From Candidatus Dormiibacterota bacterium (GTDB taxonomy: Bacteria; Chloroflexota; Dormibacteria; Aeolococcales; Aeolococcaceae): a DNA stretch of 46,584 nucleotides. Shown piece by piece: positions 24,963 to 36,537 of the stretch. The notes under the pieces were generated by a model, which saw only the letters and a list, made by a program, of their open reading frames with translations, was not told the origin of the DNA and made no database searches. Each line of letters begins with the position of its first letter. Within the stretch, counting starts at the first letter, position 1. The DNA lies in contig DATBCJ010000090.1 in NCBI GenBank assembly GCA_036270565.1, forward strand, positions 1 through 46,584. The letters run 5' to 3'. The translations under genes were made by a program, and so were the position numbers.

Positions 24963-26681
24963 ATGAAACATCGACGGATAGCAATGGCACTGGCGGTGCC
25001 GGCGCTGATTGCCACCGCCTGTGGCAGCGGCGGGGGCACCCCCTCGTCGAGTGGCGCGACGCTGGCGTCGAACCAGCTGCTCAGGTTCCCGATCACCGAC
25101 GACATCAAGACGCTCGACCCGGGGCACGTGTCGACGGCCGTCGACATCGCCTTCGTGCAGAACGTCTTCGGCGGCCTGTATAAGTTCGACGACCACCTCA
25201 AAGAGGTTCCCGACATCGCCACCGGTCCGCCGACCATCTCGTCGGACGGCCTCACCTACACGTTCCACCTCCGCCAGGACGTGAAGTTCTCCAACGGAGA
25301 CCCGGTCACCTCGGCCGACGTCCTCTACAGCTGGAACCGCGCCGCGCGGCTGAACGACTCCTACGGCATCGTGTTCGCTCCCGTGGCCGGCTACACCGCC
25401 GTTGCCCCCTCGAGCGGCACCCCCACGGCCACCACGCTGTCCGGCCTCTCGGCCCCTGACCAGTTCACGGTCAAGGCGGTGCTCTCGACAGCGGCCAGCT
25501 ACTGGTACACCGAGGTGGCGCTCTGGACGGCGGACGTCGTCGACCAGAAGGTCATCCCCAGTGACACCGACAAGACCTGGTGGACCAACCCGTCCACGGC
25601 GATCGGGACCGGGCCCTTCAAGCTCACCGCCTACGTGCCCAAGGACCACCTCTCCTTCGCCAACGTGGCCAACTGGTGGGGCGGCAGCACCGGGCACCTG
25701 ACTGACATCGAGGCAACCGTCCTCGCCGACCAGTCGAGCCAGGTGACCAAGTACCAGGCCGGCGGCTTCGACGAGATCGGCCCCGCCGACAACTACCCGC
25801 CGCTGAGCGCGGTGCGCAACTTCCAGGCGAACCCGTCCCTTTCGAGCCAGTTCGTCAACATCCCCGGCGGTCGCACCACCTGGGTCGGCTTCAACTTCAC
25901 CAAGGGCCCGTTCGCACCCAATGGCGGCACCTGCACGAGCGGCGACGCGAGCTGCCTCAGCGACCCTGTTGCACTGGCGGGCCGGCGCGCGTTCAGTGAG
26001 GCGATCGACCGTACCCAGCTGGTCAACGTGGCCTGCGGCCCGGGCGGCATCGTGTGCAAGCCGGCCACCGGCGGCGTGATCAGCAAGGGCCTGGACGCGT
26101 ACCTGGGCGACAACCAGGACGCCACCTCGGTCTTCGACGCCACCAAAGCCAAGGCCGACCTGCAGACATGGGACCCCACCGGGAGCAAGCAGAAGGGTTT
26201 GGTGTACTGGTACAACACCACCACCTCGAACAAGGCGATCGCCGACAACCTGCAGTCGCAGTGGCAGACCAACCTCGGTGTCCATGTCGACACCCAGAGC
26301 ACGGACTTCCCGACCTTCCTGACCGCTCGCCAGGACAAGAAGTACATCCTCTTCCGTGACAGCTGGGGCGCCGACTACAACAACCCGCAGGACTGGTTCG
26401 ACAACCTGTTCATCTGCTCCCAGGCCGCAGTCGGGCTGGGCAACAACGACGGCATCTGCGACCAGCAGGTCGACACGCTCGTCAAGAAGGCCGAGGCCGA
26501 GAGCGGCAGCCAGTCGATCAGCGACTACCAGGCTGCCATGAAGCAACTGATCAAGGACTTTGCCTTCGCCAACATCGAGTACGGGGCTAACCAGTACTTC
26601 ATCAAGCCATACGTCCAGGGCGGCGGGGGCAACGCCCTCTACGACAACGCCTGGACCAGCATCTCGATCGCGCAGCACTAG
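24963..26681 (+). CDS. ABC transporter substrate-binding lipoprotein, family 5 (Opp/Dpp/Nik type)
   Basis: From the ATG at 24963 the protein starts MKHRRIAMALAVPALIATACGSGGG (lipobox). GGGAGAGG lies upstream. The ~570 aa size and LRFPITDDIKTLDPGH...FKFSNGDPVTSADV are typical of SBP_bac_5. Confidence 0.88.
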   Translation: MKHRRIAMALAVPALIATACGSGGGTPSSSGATLASNQLLRFPITDDIKTLDPGHVSTAVDIAFVQNVFGGLYKFDDHLKEVPDIATGPPTISSDGLTYTFHLRQDVKFSNGDPVTSADVLYSWNRAARLNDSYGIVFAPVAGYTAVAPSSGTPTATTLSGLSAPDQFTVKAVLSTAASYWYTEVALWTADVVDQKVIPSDTDKTWWTNPSTAIGTGPFKLTAYVPKDHLSFANVANWWGGSTGHLTDIEATVLADQSSQVTKYQAGGFDEIGPADNYPPLSAVRNFQANPSLSSQFVNIPGGRTTWVGFNFTKGPFAPNGGTCTSGDASCLSDPVALAGRRAFSEAIDRTQLVNVACGPGGIVCKPATGGVISKGLDAYLGDNQDATSVFDATKAKADLQTWDPTGSKQKGLVYWYNTTTSNKAIADNLQSQWQTNLGVHVDTQSTDFPTFLTARQDKKYILFRDSWGADYNNPQDWFDNLFICSQAAVGLGNNDGICDQQVDTLVKKAEAESGSQSISDYQAAMKQLIKDFAFANIEYGANQYFIKPYVQGGGGNALYDNAWTSISIAQH

Positions 26682-26692
26682 GCAAGCACTCC

Positions 26693-26758
26693 CCCCGTTC
26701 TCCAACGGGGCAACGGCGTCGTATCATCCGGGGAGCCCGCCACAGGGGCGGGCTCCCC
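26693..26758 (+). terminator. Two tandem GC hairpins between the binding-protein and permease genes (intra-operon attenuator or mRNA stabiliser)
   Basis: The first hairpin is ccccgtt (26693-26699) with aacgggg (26704-26710). The second is a perfect 12 bp stem, ggggagcccgcc (26730-26741) with ggcgggctcccc (26747-26758), followed by a pyrimidine-rich run, tcccttttcctttcctcc. Confidence 0.6.
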
Positions 26759-26804
26759 GATCCGTCCCTTTTCCTTTCCTCCTCCTTCACTGGCGGGAGA
26801 CCCG

Positions 26805-27731
26805 ATGTCCAGAGGCACAGCCATCTACGCCGCCAAGCGGCTCGTCTTGGTGCTGGGCACGGCCTTCATCGTCTCCTCGGTGACCTTCCTGCTGGTGCAC
26901 TCCCTGGCCGGCAACCCCTTCACCTGCGAGAAGAACCCCGCCGGCTGCCAGCACGAGGCGGCGGCCTACGGGCTCAATGACAACCTCTTCATCCAGTACA
27001 AGAACTTCCTCTGGAACCTGATCCACGGCGACCTCGGCTACTCGTACGTCAACCAGGGCACCCAGGTGATGCCGCTGCTGATCAGGGAGGCCGGCACCAG
27101 CCTGACCCTCGGGCTGTTCGCGATCCTGGTGACCATCGTCGTCGGCCTGGTCATCGGGGTCACCGCGGCGATCAAGCAGAACAGCTGGATCGACTACTCG
27201 CTGTCCAGCTTCGTGGTCTTCGGCTACAGCGTGCCCAGCTTTGTGCTCGCCACCTTCCTGATCATCATCACCGCCATCCTGTTACCCGACTGGGCGAACA
27301 GCATCGGTTGGGGACAGCCTCAGCAGATACCCCTCCCCGCGATCGCGCTGGGGCTGCCCTATGCGGCGGTGGTGGCGAGGCTGACCCGGGCGAGCATGCT
27401 CGACGTCATCCGCCAGGACTACATTCGAACGGCCTGGGCGAAGGGCCTCTCGTCTCGCGTGGTGATCATCCGCCACGCGCTGCGCAACGCGCTCATCCCG
27501 GTGATCACCGTCGGCGGGCCGCTGGTCACGGCGATCATCACCGGCTCGGTGGTCATCGAGAGCATCTTCGGCATCCCCGGCCTGGGCAAGGAGTTCGTCA
27601 ACTCCATCCTCAACCGTGACTACGGCATCGTGGTGGGCCTGTACACCTTCTACGCGATCCTGGTGGGACTGGCCAACCTGGGCGTGGACCTCCTCTATCC
27701 CGTGCTCGACCCGAGGATTCGCTACGCATGA
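26805..27731 (+). CDS. ABC transporter permease (DppB/OppB type)
   Basis: The 308 aa polytopic product has the N-terminal AIYAAKRLVLVLGTAFIVSSVTFLLVH and the motif DYIRTAWAKGLS, typical of BPD_transp_1 peptide permeases. Confidence 0.9.
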   Translation: MSRGTAIYAAKRLVLVLGTAFIVSSVTFLLVHSLAGNPFTCEKNPAGCQHEAAAYGLNDNLFIQYKNFLWNLIHGDLGYSYVNQGTQVMPLLIREAGTSLTLGLFAILVTIVVGLVIGVTAAIKQNSWIDYSLSSFVVFGYSVPSFVLATFLIIITAILLPDWANSIGWGQPQQIPLPAIALGLPYAAVVARLTRASMLDVIRQDYIRTAWAKGLSSRVVIIRHALRNALIPVITVGGPLVTAIITGSVVIESIFGIPGLGKEFVNSILNRDYGIVVGLYTFYAILVGLANLGVDLLYPVLDPRIRYA

Positions 27732-28663
27732 CGACCATCACCACCGGCCAGAACATGGGGCCGCCGATCACGCCGCCCGGGATCGCCGAGGCCACCGACT
27801 ACTCGATCGCCCCCGAACAGGTCAGCCTCTGGCAGGACGCCTGGCGGCGCTTCCGCCGCAACAAGCTCTCGATGGTGGGAATGGTTGTCTTCGCGATCGT
27901 CCTGCTCACAGCCGTCGTCAGCATCTTCTGGACCCCGTACAGCCTCTACGCCCAGGGCCTCGGCGACGTCGCGGCTCCGCTGAGCCCGTCGCATCCGTTC
28001 GGGTTCGACGCATCCGGCCGTGACGTGCTCAGCTTCATCATGAAGGGTGCGCAGGTGGCCGTCGTGGTCGGGGTGCTGACCGCGGTGTTCACCTCGGTGG
28101 TCGGCGTCGCCGCGGGCCTGGCTGCCGGCTTCTTCCGCGGCTGGGTCGACACGGTGATCAGCGGCATCACCTACATCGGCTACGGCATTCCCAACCTGCT
28201 GATCGCGTTCCTGATCCTCTTCATCACCAACCGGCCCAGCATCCTCAACGTCATCATCGCCCTGAGCGTGACCAGCTGGATGGACATGGCCCGCCTGGTG
28301 CGGGGCCAGACCCTGGCCCTGCGCGAGCGCGAGTTCGTCGAGGCGGCGCGGGCCACCGGCACCAGGAACTTCGCGATCATGGTGCGCCACGTGCTCCCCA
28401 ACGCGCTGGGACCGATCATCGTCCAGGCCACGTTCCTGATCCCCGCGGCGATCCTGTTCGAGGCATTCCTCAGCTTCCTCGGCTTCGGCCTGCCCTCGCC
28501 GGATCCGTCCTGGGGAGCCATGGTCTCGGCCGGCCTCCAGGACCGATTCCTCACCTACCACACCATGATCATCCCCTCGCTGGCGCTGCTGATCACCCTC
28601 ATGGCCGTGAACTTCATCGGCGACGGGCTCCGCGACGCGCTCGACCCGAGGCTGAAGCGGTAG
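27728..28663 (+). CDS. ABC transporter permease (DppC/OppC type)
   Basis: The 311 aa product has the N-terminal [19 protein letters not shown] (OppC_N-like) and [10 protein letters not shown]. It overlaps the previous gene by ATGA. Confidence 0.9.
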   Translation: MTTITTGQNMGPPITPPGIAEATDYSIAPEQVSLWQDAWRRFRRNKLSMVGMVVFAIVLLTAVVSIFWTPYSLYAQGLGDVAAPLSPSHPFGFDASGRDVLSFIMKGAQVAVVVGVLTAVFTSVVGVAAGLAAGFFRGWVDTVISGITYIGYGIPNLLIAFLILFITNRPSILNVIIALSVTSWMDMARLVRGQTLALREREFVEAARATGTRNFAIMVRHVLPNALGPIIVQATFLIPAAILFEAFLSFLGFGLPSPDPSWGAMVSAGLQDRFLTYHTMIIPSLALLITLMAVNFIGDGLRDALDPRLKR

Positions 28664-29699
28664 ATGCCGGCGATCCTGGAGGTCAAGGGCCTCAAGACCC
28701 AGTTCATCGTGCGCGGCGGCGTGGTGCGCGCCGTGGACGGCATCGACTTCCGGGTCAACAAGGGTGAGACCGTCGGCATCGTCGGGGAGTCGGGGTCGGG
28801 GAAGTCGATGACCGCGCTCTCCATCCTGCGGCTGGTCCCGGAGCCGGGCAAGATCGTCGAGGGCAGCATCACCTTTGACGGCCGCGACGTGCTGTCCCTG
28901 GACGACGACGAGCTGCGCAAGTTCCGGGGCAACGACGTCTCGATGATCTTCCAGGACCCGATGTCGTCGCTGAACCCGGTCCTCAAGGTCGGCTACCAGA
29001 TCGAGGAGGCGATGAAGGCCCACGATCGGTTCACCCCCGAGCAGGCCAAGGCCCGGGTCCCGCTGCTGCTGCGCAGAGTGCGCATCCCCGACCCCGAACG
29101 CCGCGCCAAGGAGTACCCCCACCAGTTCTCGGGGGGGATGCGCCAGCGCGCCATGATCGCCATGGGCTTGGCCAACGAGCCCGAGGTGCTGATCGCCGAC
29201 GAGCCGACCACCGCGCTCGACGTCACCGTCCAGGCCCAGATCCTCGAGCAGCTGCGCGACCTCAACCGCGAGCTGGGCACGGCGATCGTGCTGATCACCC
29301 ACAACATGGCGGTGGTGGCCAACATCTGCACCTGGGTGGTGGTGATGTACGCCGGCCGGGTGGTCGAGCAGGGACCGACCGAGGAGATCTTCGGCCGCCC
29401 CCAGCACCCCTACACGTGGTCGCTGCTGCGCAGCATCCCGCGCATCGACGAGAAGCTGGGCGGCAAGCTGCTCACCATCAAGGGCCTGCCCCCCGACCTG
29501 ACCAACCTGCCGCCGGGGTGCAAGTTCCATCCCCGCTGCCGCTTCACCGTGGAGCGCTGCTTCACCGAGGAGCCCGAGCTGTTCACCGTCGGGCCCCAGC
29601 ACGAGTCGCGCTGCTGGGTGCAGATGGACAACGTCGCCGACCGCGACTCCGACATTCGCGACATTCCGCGCGTGTTCGAGGCGGAGGCAGAGACAGAGA

Positions 29700-29713
<14 letters not shown>
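28664..29713 (+). CDS. ABC transporter ATP-binding protein (DppD/OppD type)
   Basis: Walker A is GESGSGKS, the signature is FSGGMRQR, Walker B is [11 protein letters not shown], and the C-terminal oligopeptide domain contains GCKFHPRC. Confidence 0.93.
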
Positions 29714-30809
<1,096 letters not shown>

Positions 30810-30836
30810 GCCGCCCCACCGCAGCGGGGAAAGGCA

Positions 30837-32273
30837 ATGCGTGACATCGCGGATCGACTCCTCGACGCCGCCCACGCCGCGGGCGCGGCGTACGCAGACT
30901 GCCGGGTGGTGGATCGAACCACCCAGTCGGTGACGGTGAAGAACGGGCGGGTCAACAACGTCAGCCAGTTCGCCGACCAGGGCTCCGGCATCCGTGTTCT
31001 CGTTGACGGGGCGTGGGGCTTCTGTGGTACCCAGCGCGCCGACGGCGCAGGCCTCGAGGAGGCGGCGCGACTGGCCGTGCGCATTGCCCGCGCGTCGGCG
31101 CGGACCAGCGTTGCCCGCGTGCGCCTGGCTCCGGTACCGGCGGTGACGGCGACGTACACGACCCCGGTCGTCGTCGACCCCTTCACCGTGCCGCTCGATC
31201 GCAAGATCGACCTGCTCCTCGCCGTTGACGCGGGCATGGACGTTCCCGGTGTGACCACGCGGATCGGCTCGCTCGGGGCGGTGCGCCACCACCAGTTCTT
31301 CGCCAGCAGCGAAGGTTCGCGCATCGAGCAGACGATCATCGAGACCGGCGGCGGCCTCGACGCCACCGCCACCAGCGCCAGCGAGGTGCAGACGCGCAGC
31401 TTTCCCAACAGCTTCGGCCGCCAGCAGCTGACCGCCGGCTGGGAGGCCGTCGAGGAGATGGACCTGCGCGGCAACGCCACGCGGATCGCCGAGGAGGCCG
31501 TCGCCCTGCTCAGCGCCGACGCCTGCCCGGCCGGAACGATGACGCTCATCCTCGACGCCACCCAGGCGGCCCTGCAGGTGCACGAGTCGTGCGGTCACCC
31601 GACCGAGCTCGACCGCGTCCTCGGCTTCGAGGCGGCGTACGCGGGCACCTCGTTCCTGATGCCCGACATGCTCGGCCGCTTCCGCTACGGCAGCGACCAT
31701 GTGACCATCACGGCGGATGCCACCAGCGCGCGCGGGTTGGGCACGTTCGGCTACGACGACGAAGGCGTGCCGGCGCAACGGACGCTGCTCGTCGATCGTG
31801 GCCTCTTCAGCGGCTACCTCACCTCGCGGGAGACGGCGTCGAGGTTCGATGCACCCAGCGGGGGAACCGTGCGCGCCGAGAGCTGGAACCGCCTGCCGCT
31901 GATCCGCATGACCAACATCAACCTCGAGCCGGGCACCTCGAGCCTCGAGGAGATGGTGGCGACCACCGAGCAGGGCGTGTACCTGGAGACCAACCGCTCC
32001 TGGAGCATCGACGACCGCCGCCTCAACTTCCAGTTCGGCACCCAGGCGGGCTGGGAGATCCGGGATGGTCGGCGCGTCAGGTTGGTGCGCAACCCTCTGT
32101 ACAGCGGCAGCACCCCGCAGTTCTGGAACTCCTGCGACGCCGTCGCCGGTGCCGCCGAGTGGCGGATGTATGGGGTCATCAACTGCGGCAAGGGACAGCC
32201 GGGACAGATCATGCACGTCGGCCACGGCGCTGCTCCGTGCCGATTCCGCAACGTTGCGGTGCGGCCGGCGTGA
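30837..32273 (+). CDS. tldD: TldD-family metalloprotease
   Basis: The 478 aa product has the HExxxH motif in context LQVHESCGHPTELDR. The N-terminus is YADCRVVDRTTQSVTVKNGRV and the C-terminus is CGKGQPGQ...VGHGAAPCRFRNV. Confidence 0.88.
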   Translation: MRDIADRLLDAAHAAGAAYADCRVVDRTTQSVTVKNGRVNNVSQFADQGSGIRVLVDGAWGFCGTQRADGAGLEEAARLAVRIARASARTSVARVRLAPVPAVTATYTTPVVVDPFTVPLDRKIDLLLAVDAGMDVPGVTTRIGSLGAVRHHQFFASSEGSRIEQTIIETGGGLDATATSASEVQTRSFPNSFGRQQLTAGWEAVEEMDLRGNATRIAEEAVALLSADACPAGTMTLILDATQAALQVHESCGHPTELDRVLGFEAAYAGTSFLMPDMLGRFRYGSDHVTITADATSARGLGTFGYDDEGVPAQRTLLVDRGLFSGYLTSRETASRFDAPSGGTVRAESWNRLPLIRMTNINLEPGTSSLEEMVATTEQGVYLETNRSWSIDDRRLNFQFGTQAGWEIRDGRRVRLVRNPLYSGSTPQFWNSCDAVAGAAEWRMYGVINCGKGQPGQIMHVGHGAAPCRFRNVAVRPA

Positions 32274-33601
32274 GCCAGTTGCGTGCGGGGGAGGAGCTTC
32301 TCGACATCGCCGACCAGGTCGTCGAGCGCGTGCCGGCGGGCTCGGAGGCCGAGGTCACCGTCACCCAGACCACGTCCGCCCTGACCCGGTTCGCCAACGG
32401 CGGCATCCACCAGAACGTCGCCGACCAGGCCCTGCGTTTGCGGCTGCGGCTGATCCGTGACGGCCGCTGCGGCGTGGCGGAGATGCGGGTCGCCGGCGAT
32501 GACGTCGCGGCTGCGCTGGTCGCCACCGCCGAGGCCATCCGCAGCCATTCACCGAATGGCGAGCAGGTGCCGCTGTACGCACCAGACGGTGGCGCCGACA
32601 CCAGCGCCGGCTACAGCGCCGCCACCGAGGCGGTCACACCGGAGCAGCGAGCCGACCTGGCCGCCACCGTGTGCGCCGTCGCCGCCGCGCGCGGCCAGAG
32701 GGCGTTCGGCACCTCTGAGACCGGCGTCACCGCCGTGGCGATGGTCAGCACCGCCGGGCTGCGCCGCAGCGCGCGCCACAGCACGACCGAGCTCATCGCC
32801 GTGAGCCGTTCTGAGGACGGTTCAGCGTATGGGGCACGCTCCGCCGCCGACGCGGCGCAGATCGACGCCGGCGAGCTGGCCGCAGAGGTGACCGAGCTGT
32901 GCGCACGCAACCACGATGCGCAAGCGCTCGAGCCCGGGACGTACGAGGTGGTCCTCTCGCCGTACGCGGTCGCGGAGCTGCTCGAGTACCTGGGCCTGGT
33001 CGGGCTCGGCGCTCTCGCGGTGCTCGAGAAGCGCAGCTTCATGCGGTTCGGTGAGCGGCTGATGAGCGAGGCGGTGACCATCACCGACGATGTCAGCAGG
33101 ACCGAGCTGGCACCGCTGCCATTCGACGGCGAGGGCGCGTCGACGCTCCCGGTGACGATCATCGACGGTGGCGTGTGCCGGGCCGTCGTCCACGACTCGG
33201 TGACCGCGGCACGCACCGGCGTCGCCACCACCGGGCACTCGTTTCCGCAGCCCAACGCCGACGGACCGCTGCCTCGGTACCTCTGCCTGGCGCCGGGTGA
33301 CAGCGATCGCGAGGCGATGGTTGCCGCCTGCCAGCGTGGGCTTCTGGTGACGCGGTTCTGGTACGTGCGCCCGGTGCATCCGCTGGCGACGATCATCACC
33401 GGGATGACCCGCGACGGCACCTTCCTCATCGACAGGGGACGGGTGGTGCGCCCCGTGCGCGACCTGCGCTTCACGCAGAGCATCGTGGGCGCCCTCGGGG
33501 AAGTGCGTTCGGTCGGCGCCGAGCGGTTGGCGTCACGAGGGTACTTCGGGGCGGCGCTGGCGCCGTGGCTTCACCTGGGCGCCTTCACATTCACGTCGTG
33601 A
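32270..33601 (+). CDS. pmbA: PmbA/TldE-family protein (TldD partner)
   Basis: From the GTG at 32270 (GTGA overlap with the tldD stop) the protein reads VSQLRAGEELLDIADQVVERV...TSALTRFANGGIHQNV...FDGEG...GLLVTRFWYVRPVHP...TGMTRDGTFLIDRG. It has the PmbA_TldD fold but no HExxxH motif. Confidence 0.82.
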   Translation: MSQLRAGEELLDIADQVVERVPAGSEAEVTVTQTTSALTRFANGGIHQNVADQALRLRLRLIRDGRCGVAEMRVAGDDVAAALVATAEAIRSHSPNGEQVPLYAPDGGADTSAGYSAATEAVTPEQRADLAATVCAVAAARGQRAFGTSETGVTAVAMVSTAGLRRSARHSTTELIAVSRSEDGSAYGARSAADAAQIDAGELAAEVTELCARNHDAQALEPGTYEVVLSPYAVAELLEYLGLVGLGALAVLEKRSFMRFGERLMSEAVTITDDVSRTELAPLPFDGEGASTLPVTIIDGGVCRAVVHDSVTAARTGVATTGHSFPQPNADGPLPRYLCLAPGDSDREAMVAACQRGLLVTRFWYVRPVHPLATIITGMTRDGTFLIDRGRVVRPVRDLRFTQSIVGALGEVRSVGAERLASRGYFGAALAPWLHLGAFTFTS

Positions 33602-35181
33602 GACGCGCCGTCGCCGCGGGGCGCGGCGGCCGCACCCCGTGGCTCGTGCTCATCGCGACGGTGGCGGTGCTCACGGTGATCCGGAACCTCGCCGGGCTGG
33701 ACAGCGCGCCGCAGGGCGCGTACGCCGACGAGACGTCGATCGGATACAACGCGTGGGCGGTCAGCACCCATGGCGTCGACGAGCACGGCGCCCATCTCCC
33801 CCTCTATTTCACCGCGTTTGGCGAGTACAAGAACCCTGTGTACATCTACACGCTGAGCGCGCTGCTGCGCGTGCTGCCGCTCACGGTCACGACTGAACGC
33901 CTGCCCGCGGCCATCTTCGGGCTGCTCACCTGCCTGTTCATCACCCTGATCGCCTGGCGGCGCAGCCACTCGCTGCCGGTGACCGCCCTGACCCTCGGGC
34001 TGGTGGCCCTGACGCCGTGGCTCACCGTCGAGAGCCGCGTCGGCTTCGAGGTGATCTCCATGGTCGCCGCGATAGCCGGCGCGCTGCTCTGTCTGTCGGT
34101 CGCGGAGGACACGGGGCGGTGGACGTGGTATGCCGGTGCGGGGACGCTGCTGGGTATCGCGGTGTTCGCGTACAGCACCGGCCGCGTGGAGGCGCTGCTG
34201 TTGGGCGTGGCCCTGGTCATCGCGCACGTCCCGCGCTGGAAGCTCAGACAGCGCTCCTGGATGATCACGCTGGTGCCGGTGGTCGCCGCATACGGTGTGC
34301 TCGGCACCTGGAGCGCGCAGCACCCCGGCGCGATCACGGCGCGGTTCAACGCCATCAGCATCTGGGCCGACGGAGCCCCGGTCGTCACCGTCGCGGGCCG
34401 GTTTGTGGGCAACTACCTGACCTACCTCGGACCCGACTTCCTGTTCATCAGCGGTGACCACAACCCGCGCCACAACACGCAGCTCGCAGGGATGCTGCTC
34501 TGGGTTGCTCTGCCGCTGCTGCTGGCCGGGCTGGTGGCCTGCTGGCAGCACCGCGATCAGCCGTTGGTGCGCTTCCTCATCCTGGGTCTGCTGGTGGCGC
34601 CGGTCAGCGCGGCGCTGACCGAAGACGGAGTCCCGCACGCGCTGCGCGCGGCGGTGATGCTGCCGTTCCTGCTGGTGCTGTGCGCACTGGGCCTGGTGCT
34701 CGTTGCAGAGCAGGCCGCGCGCTGGCGTGGCTACGCCTACCCACTTCTCGTCGCTGCCGTGGCGATCCAGGGAGCGCTCTTCACACTCGACATGTACGCC
34801 ACCTGGCCGGCGCGCTCCGCCATCGCCTTCGACTCGGGGGAGATCGACGCCATCGCCCGTGCCTCTCAATTGAGCGGCGGGCGGCAGCTGCTCCTCTCCA
34901 TGAACCTCGACGTGCCCTACATCCAGGCCGCGTTTGCCCTGCGGCCGCCACCGCCGTCGAGGTTCGTGTCCGACTCCGAGTCGGCTCTGCTCGCCGAGAT
35001 GAACATGACGCTCTTCAACCCGCTCAGTCCCCCGTCAACATCGGGGGCGATCGCGGTTCTGTCCGCGGGGGACCCCGTCCCCCCCGGCGCCCACCGACTC
35101 TTCGAGGAGACGGCCCCATCCCCCGCCCTGGGGTCCACCCCGCCGCCACTCGTCACCGTGGTCGTCTGCAGCCTGCACTGA
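33598..35181 (+). CDS. GT-C-fold glycosyltransferase (PMT_2/ArnT-like, GT39/GT83-type) integral membrane protein
   Basis: The polytopic ~527 aa product has an Asp-Glu motif in the first loop (AYADETSIGYNAW), as in PMT/ArnT-type enzymes, and a C-terminal soluble domain. The GTG at 33598 overlaps the pmbA stop (GTGA). The track ORF starts at 33565. Confidence 0.7.
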   Translation: MRRAVAAGRGGRTPWLVLIATVAVLTVIRNLAGLDSAPQGAYADETSIGYNAWAVSTHGVDEHGAHLPLYFTAFGEYKNPVYIYTLSALLRVLPLTVTTERLPAAIFGLLTCLFITLIAWRRSHSLPVTALTLGLVALTPWLTVESRVGFEVISMVAAIAGALLCLSVAEDTGRWTWYAGAGTLLGIAVFAYSTGRVEALLLGVALVIAHVPRWKLRQRSWMITLVPVVAAYGVLGTWSAQHPGAITARFNAISIWADGAPVVTVAGRFVGNYLTYLGPDFLFISGDHNPRHNTQLAGMLLWVALPLLLAGLVACWQHRDQPLVRFLILGLLVAPVSAALTEDGVPHALRAAVMLPFLLVLCALGLVLVAEQAARWRGYAYPLLVAAVAIQGALFTLDMYATWPARSAIAFDSGEIDAIARASQLSGGRQLLLSMNLDVPYIQAAFALRPPPPSRFVSDSESALLAEMNMTLFNPLSPPSTSGAIAVLSAGDPVPPGAHRLFEETAPSPALGSTPPPLVTVVVCSLH

Positions 35182-35257
35182 CGTACTCGCCCGTCGAGGA
35201 CGCGGATTCGACCCTCCCTTGTAAGGTTCACCCTCTGCAGTCAGGGAGAGTTGTTTC

Positions 35258-36424
35258 ATGAACGACGTCGTCATCGTTGAGGCGGTCCGCACGCCGCTCA
35301 GCCGCGGCAACCAGAAGAATGGCGACCTCCGCGATGTCCACCCGCTGCGACTCGCTGCGCATGTCCTTCGTGAGGTGGTCGGTCGCGCCGGTCTCGACCC
35401 CGCGCTCGTCGACGACGTGGTCATGGGCTGCGTCAGCCAGACCGGCGAGCAGTCGATCAACATCGCCCGCCAGGCGGTGCTCCTCGCCGGCTTCCCCATC
35501 GAGGTCCCCGGCACCACCGTCGACCGGCAGTGCGGCTCATCGCAGCAGGCGGTGCACTTCGCCGCCAACCTCATTCAGTCCGGCGTCTGCGACGTCACCA
35601 TCGCGGCCGGCGTCGAGAGCATGAGCCGCGTTCCCATGGGCAGCACCGTCCTCCAGGGCCCCGGCACTCCCTTCCCGCCGGAGTTGCTCGAGCACTACGA
35701 CCTGGTCAGCCAGGGCCTGGCCGCCGAGATGATCGCCGAGCAGTGGGGGATCAGCCGCGAGCAGGCCGACTCCTTCGCCACCGAGTCGCACCGCCGGGCT
35801 GCGGCGGCGCAGGCTGCCGGCCATTTCGACAGGGAGATTGCCCCGGTCGTCGTCGGCGAGAACGGGGAGAGCCAGGTGGTGTCGCAGGACCAGGGCATCC
35901 GGCCGGCGACGACGGTGGAGACGCTGGCTCAACTGCAACCCTCGTTTCGCGCTGACGGCATCCTCCACGCCGGCAACTCGTCGCAGATCACCGATGGCGC
36001 CGCCGCGATCCTGCTGATGTCACGCGATCGCGCGCGCCAGCTGGGGCTGACCCCACGCGCTGCCCTCCGCTCCCAGGCAGTGGTCGGCGTGGACCCGGTC
36101 ACCATGCTGACCGGCCCCATTCCGGCCACCGCGAAGGTCCTCGACCGCGCCGGGCTGGCCATCGAGGACATCGACCTGTTCGAGGTCAACGAGGCCTTCG
36201 CCCCCGTCGTCCTGGCCTGGGAGCACGAGCATCACCCCGACATGGCTCGGGTTAACGTCAATGGTGGCGCCATCGCTCTCGGTCATCCGCTCGGCGCCAG
36301 CGGTGCGCGGCTGATGACCACCCTTCTCCACGAGCTCGAGCGCCGCGATGCCCGGCTGGGGCTGCAAACCATGTGCTGCGGTGGCGGTCTGGGTACCGCG
36401 ACCATTATCGATCGAGACGCCTGA
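35258..36424 (+). CDS. Acetyl-CoA C-acyltransferase (thiolase)
   Basis: The 388 aa product has the active-site Cys context VDRQCGSSQQAV, NVNGGAIALGHPLGASGARL and a C-terminal CCGGGLGTA. Confidence 0.93.
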   Translation: MNDVVIVEAVRTPLSRGNQKNGDLRDVHPLRLAAHVLREVVGRAGLDPALVDDVVMGCVSQTGEQSINIARQAVLLAGFPIEVPGTTVDRQCGSSQQAVHFAANLIQSGVCDVTIAAGVESMSRVPMGSTVLQGPGTPFPPELLEHYDLVSQGLAAEMIAEQWGISREQADSFATESHRRAAAAQAAGHFDREIAPVVVGENGESQVVSQDQGIRPATTVETLAQLQPSFRADGILHAGNSSQITDGAAAILLMSRDRARQLGLTPRAALRSQAVVGVDPVTMLTGPIPATAKVLDRAGLAIEDIDLFEVNEAFAPVVLAWEHEHHPDMARVNVNGGAIALGHPLGASGARLMTTLLHELERRDARLGLQTMCCGGGLGTATIIDRDA

Positions 36425-36537
36425 CGCGTTTGGCGGAGGGTCACGCTTCTGTCGCAGCACGGCCGGTGCTTGGAGAGTGATTGGTATGCTCACTCGGCTT
36501 TGGGCGTCCCCACCATGACCGATGGCGTGCGTTAGCG

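Noticed and set aside
24150-26705. 851 aa minus-strand ORF
   Set aside because: It is a shadow frame opposite the substrate-binding protein gene and part of the kinase gene, and its translation is Arg/Gly/Val-rich without motifs.
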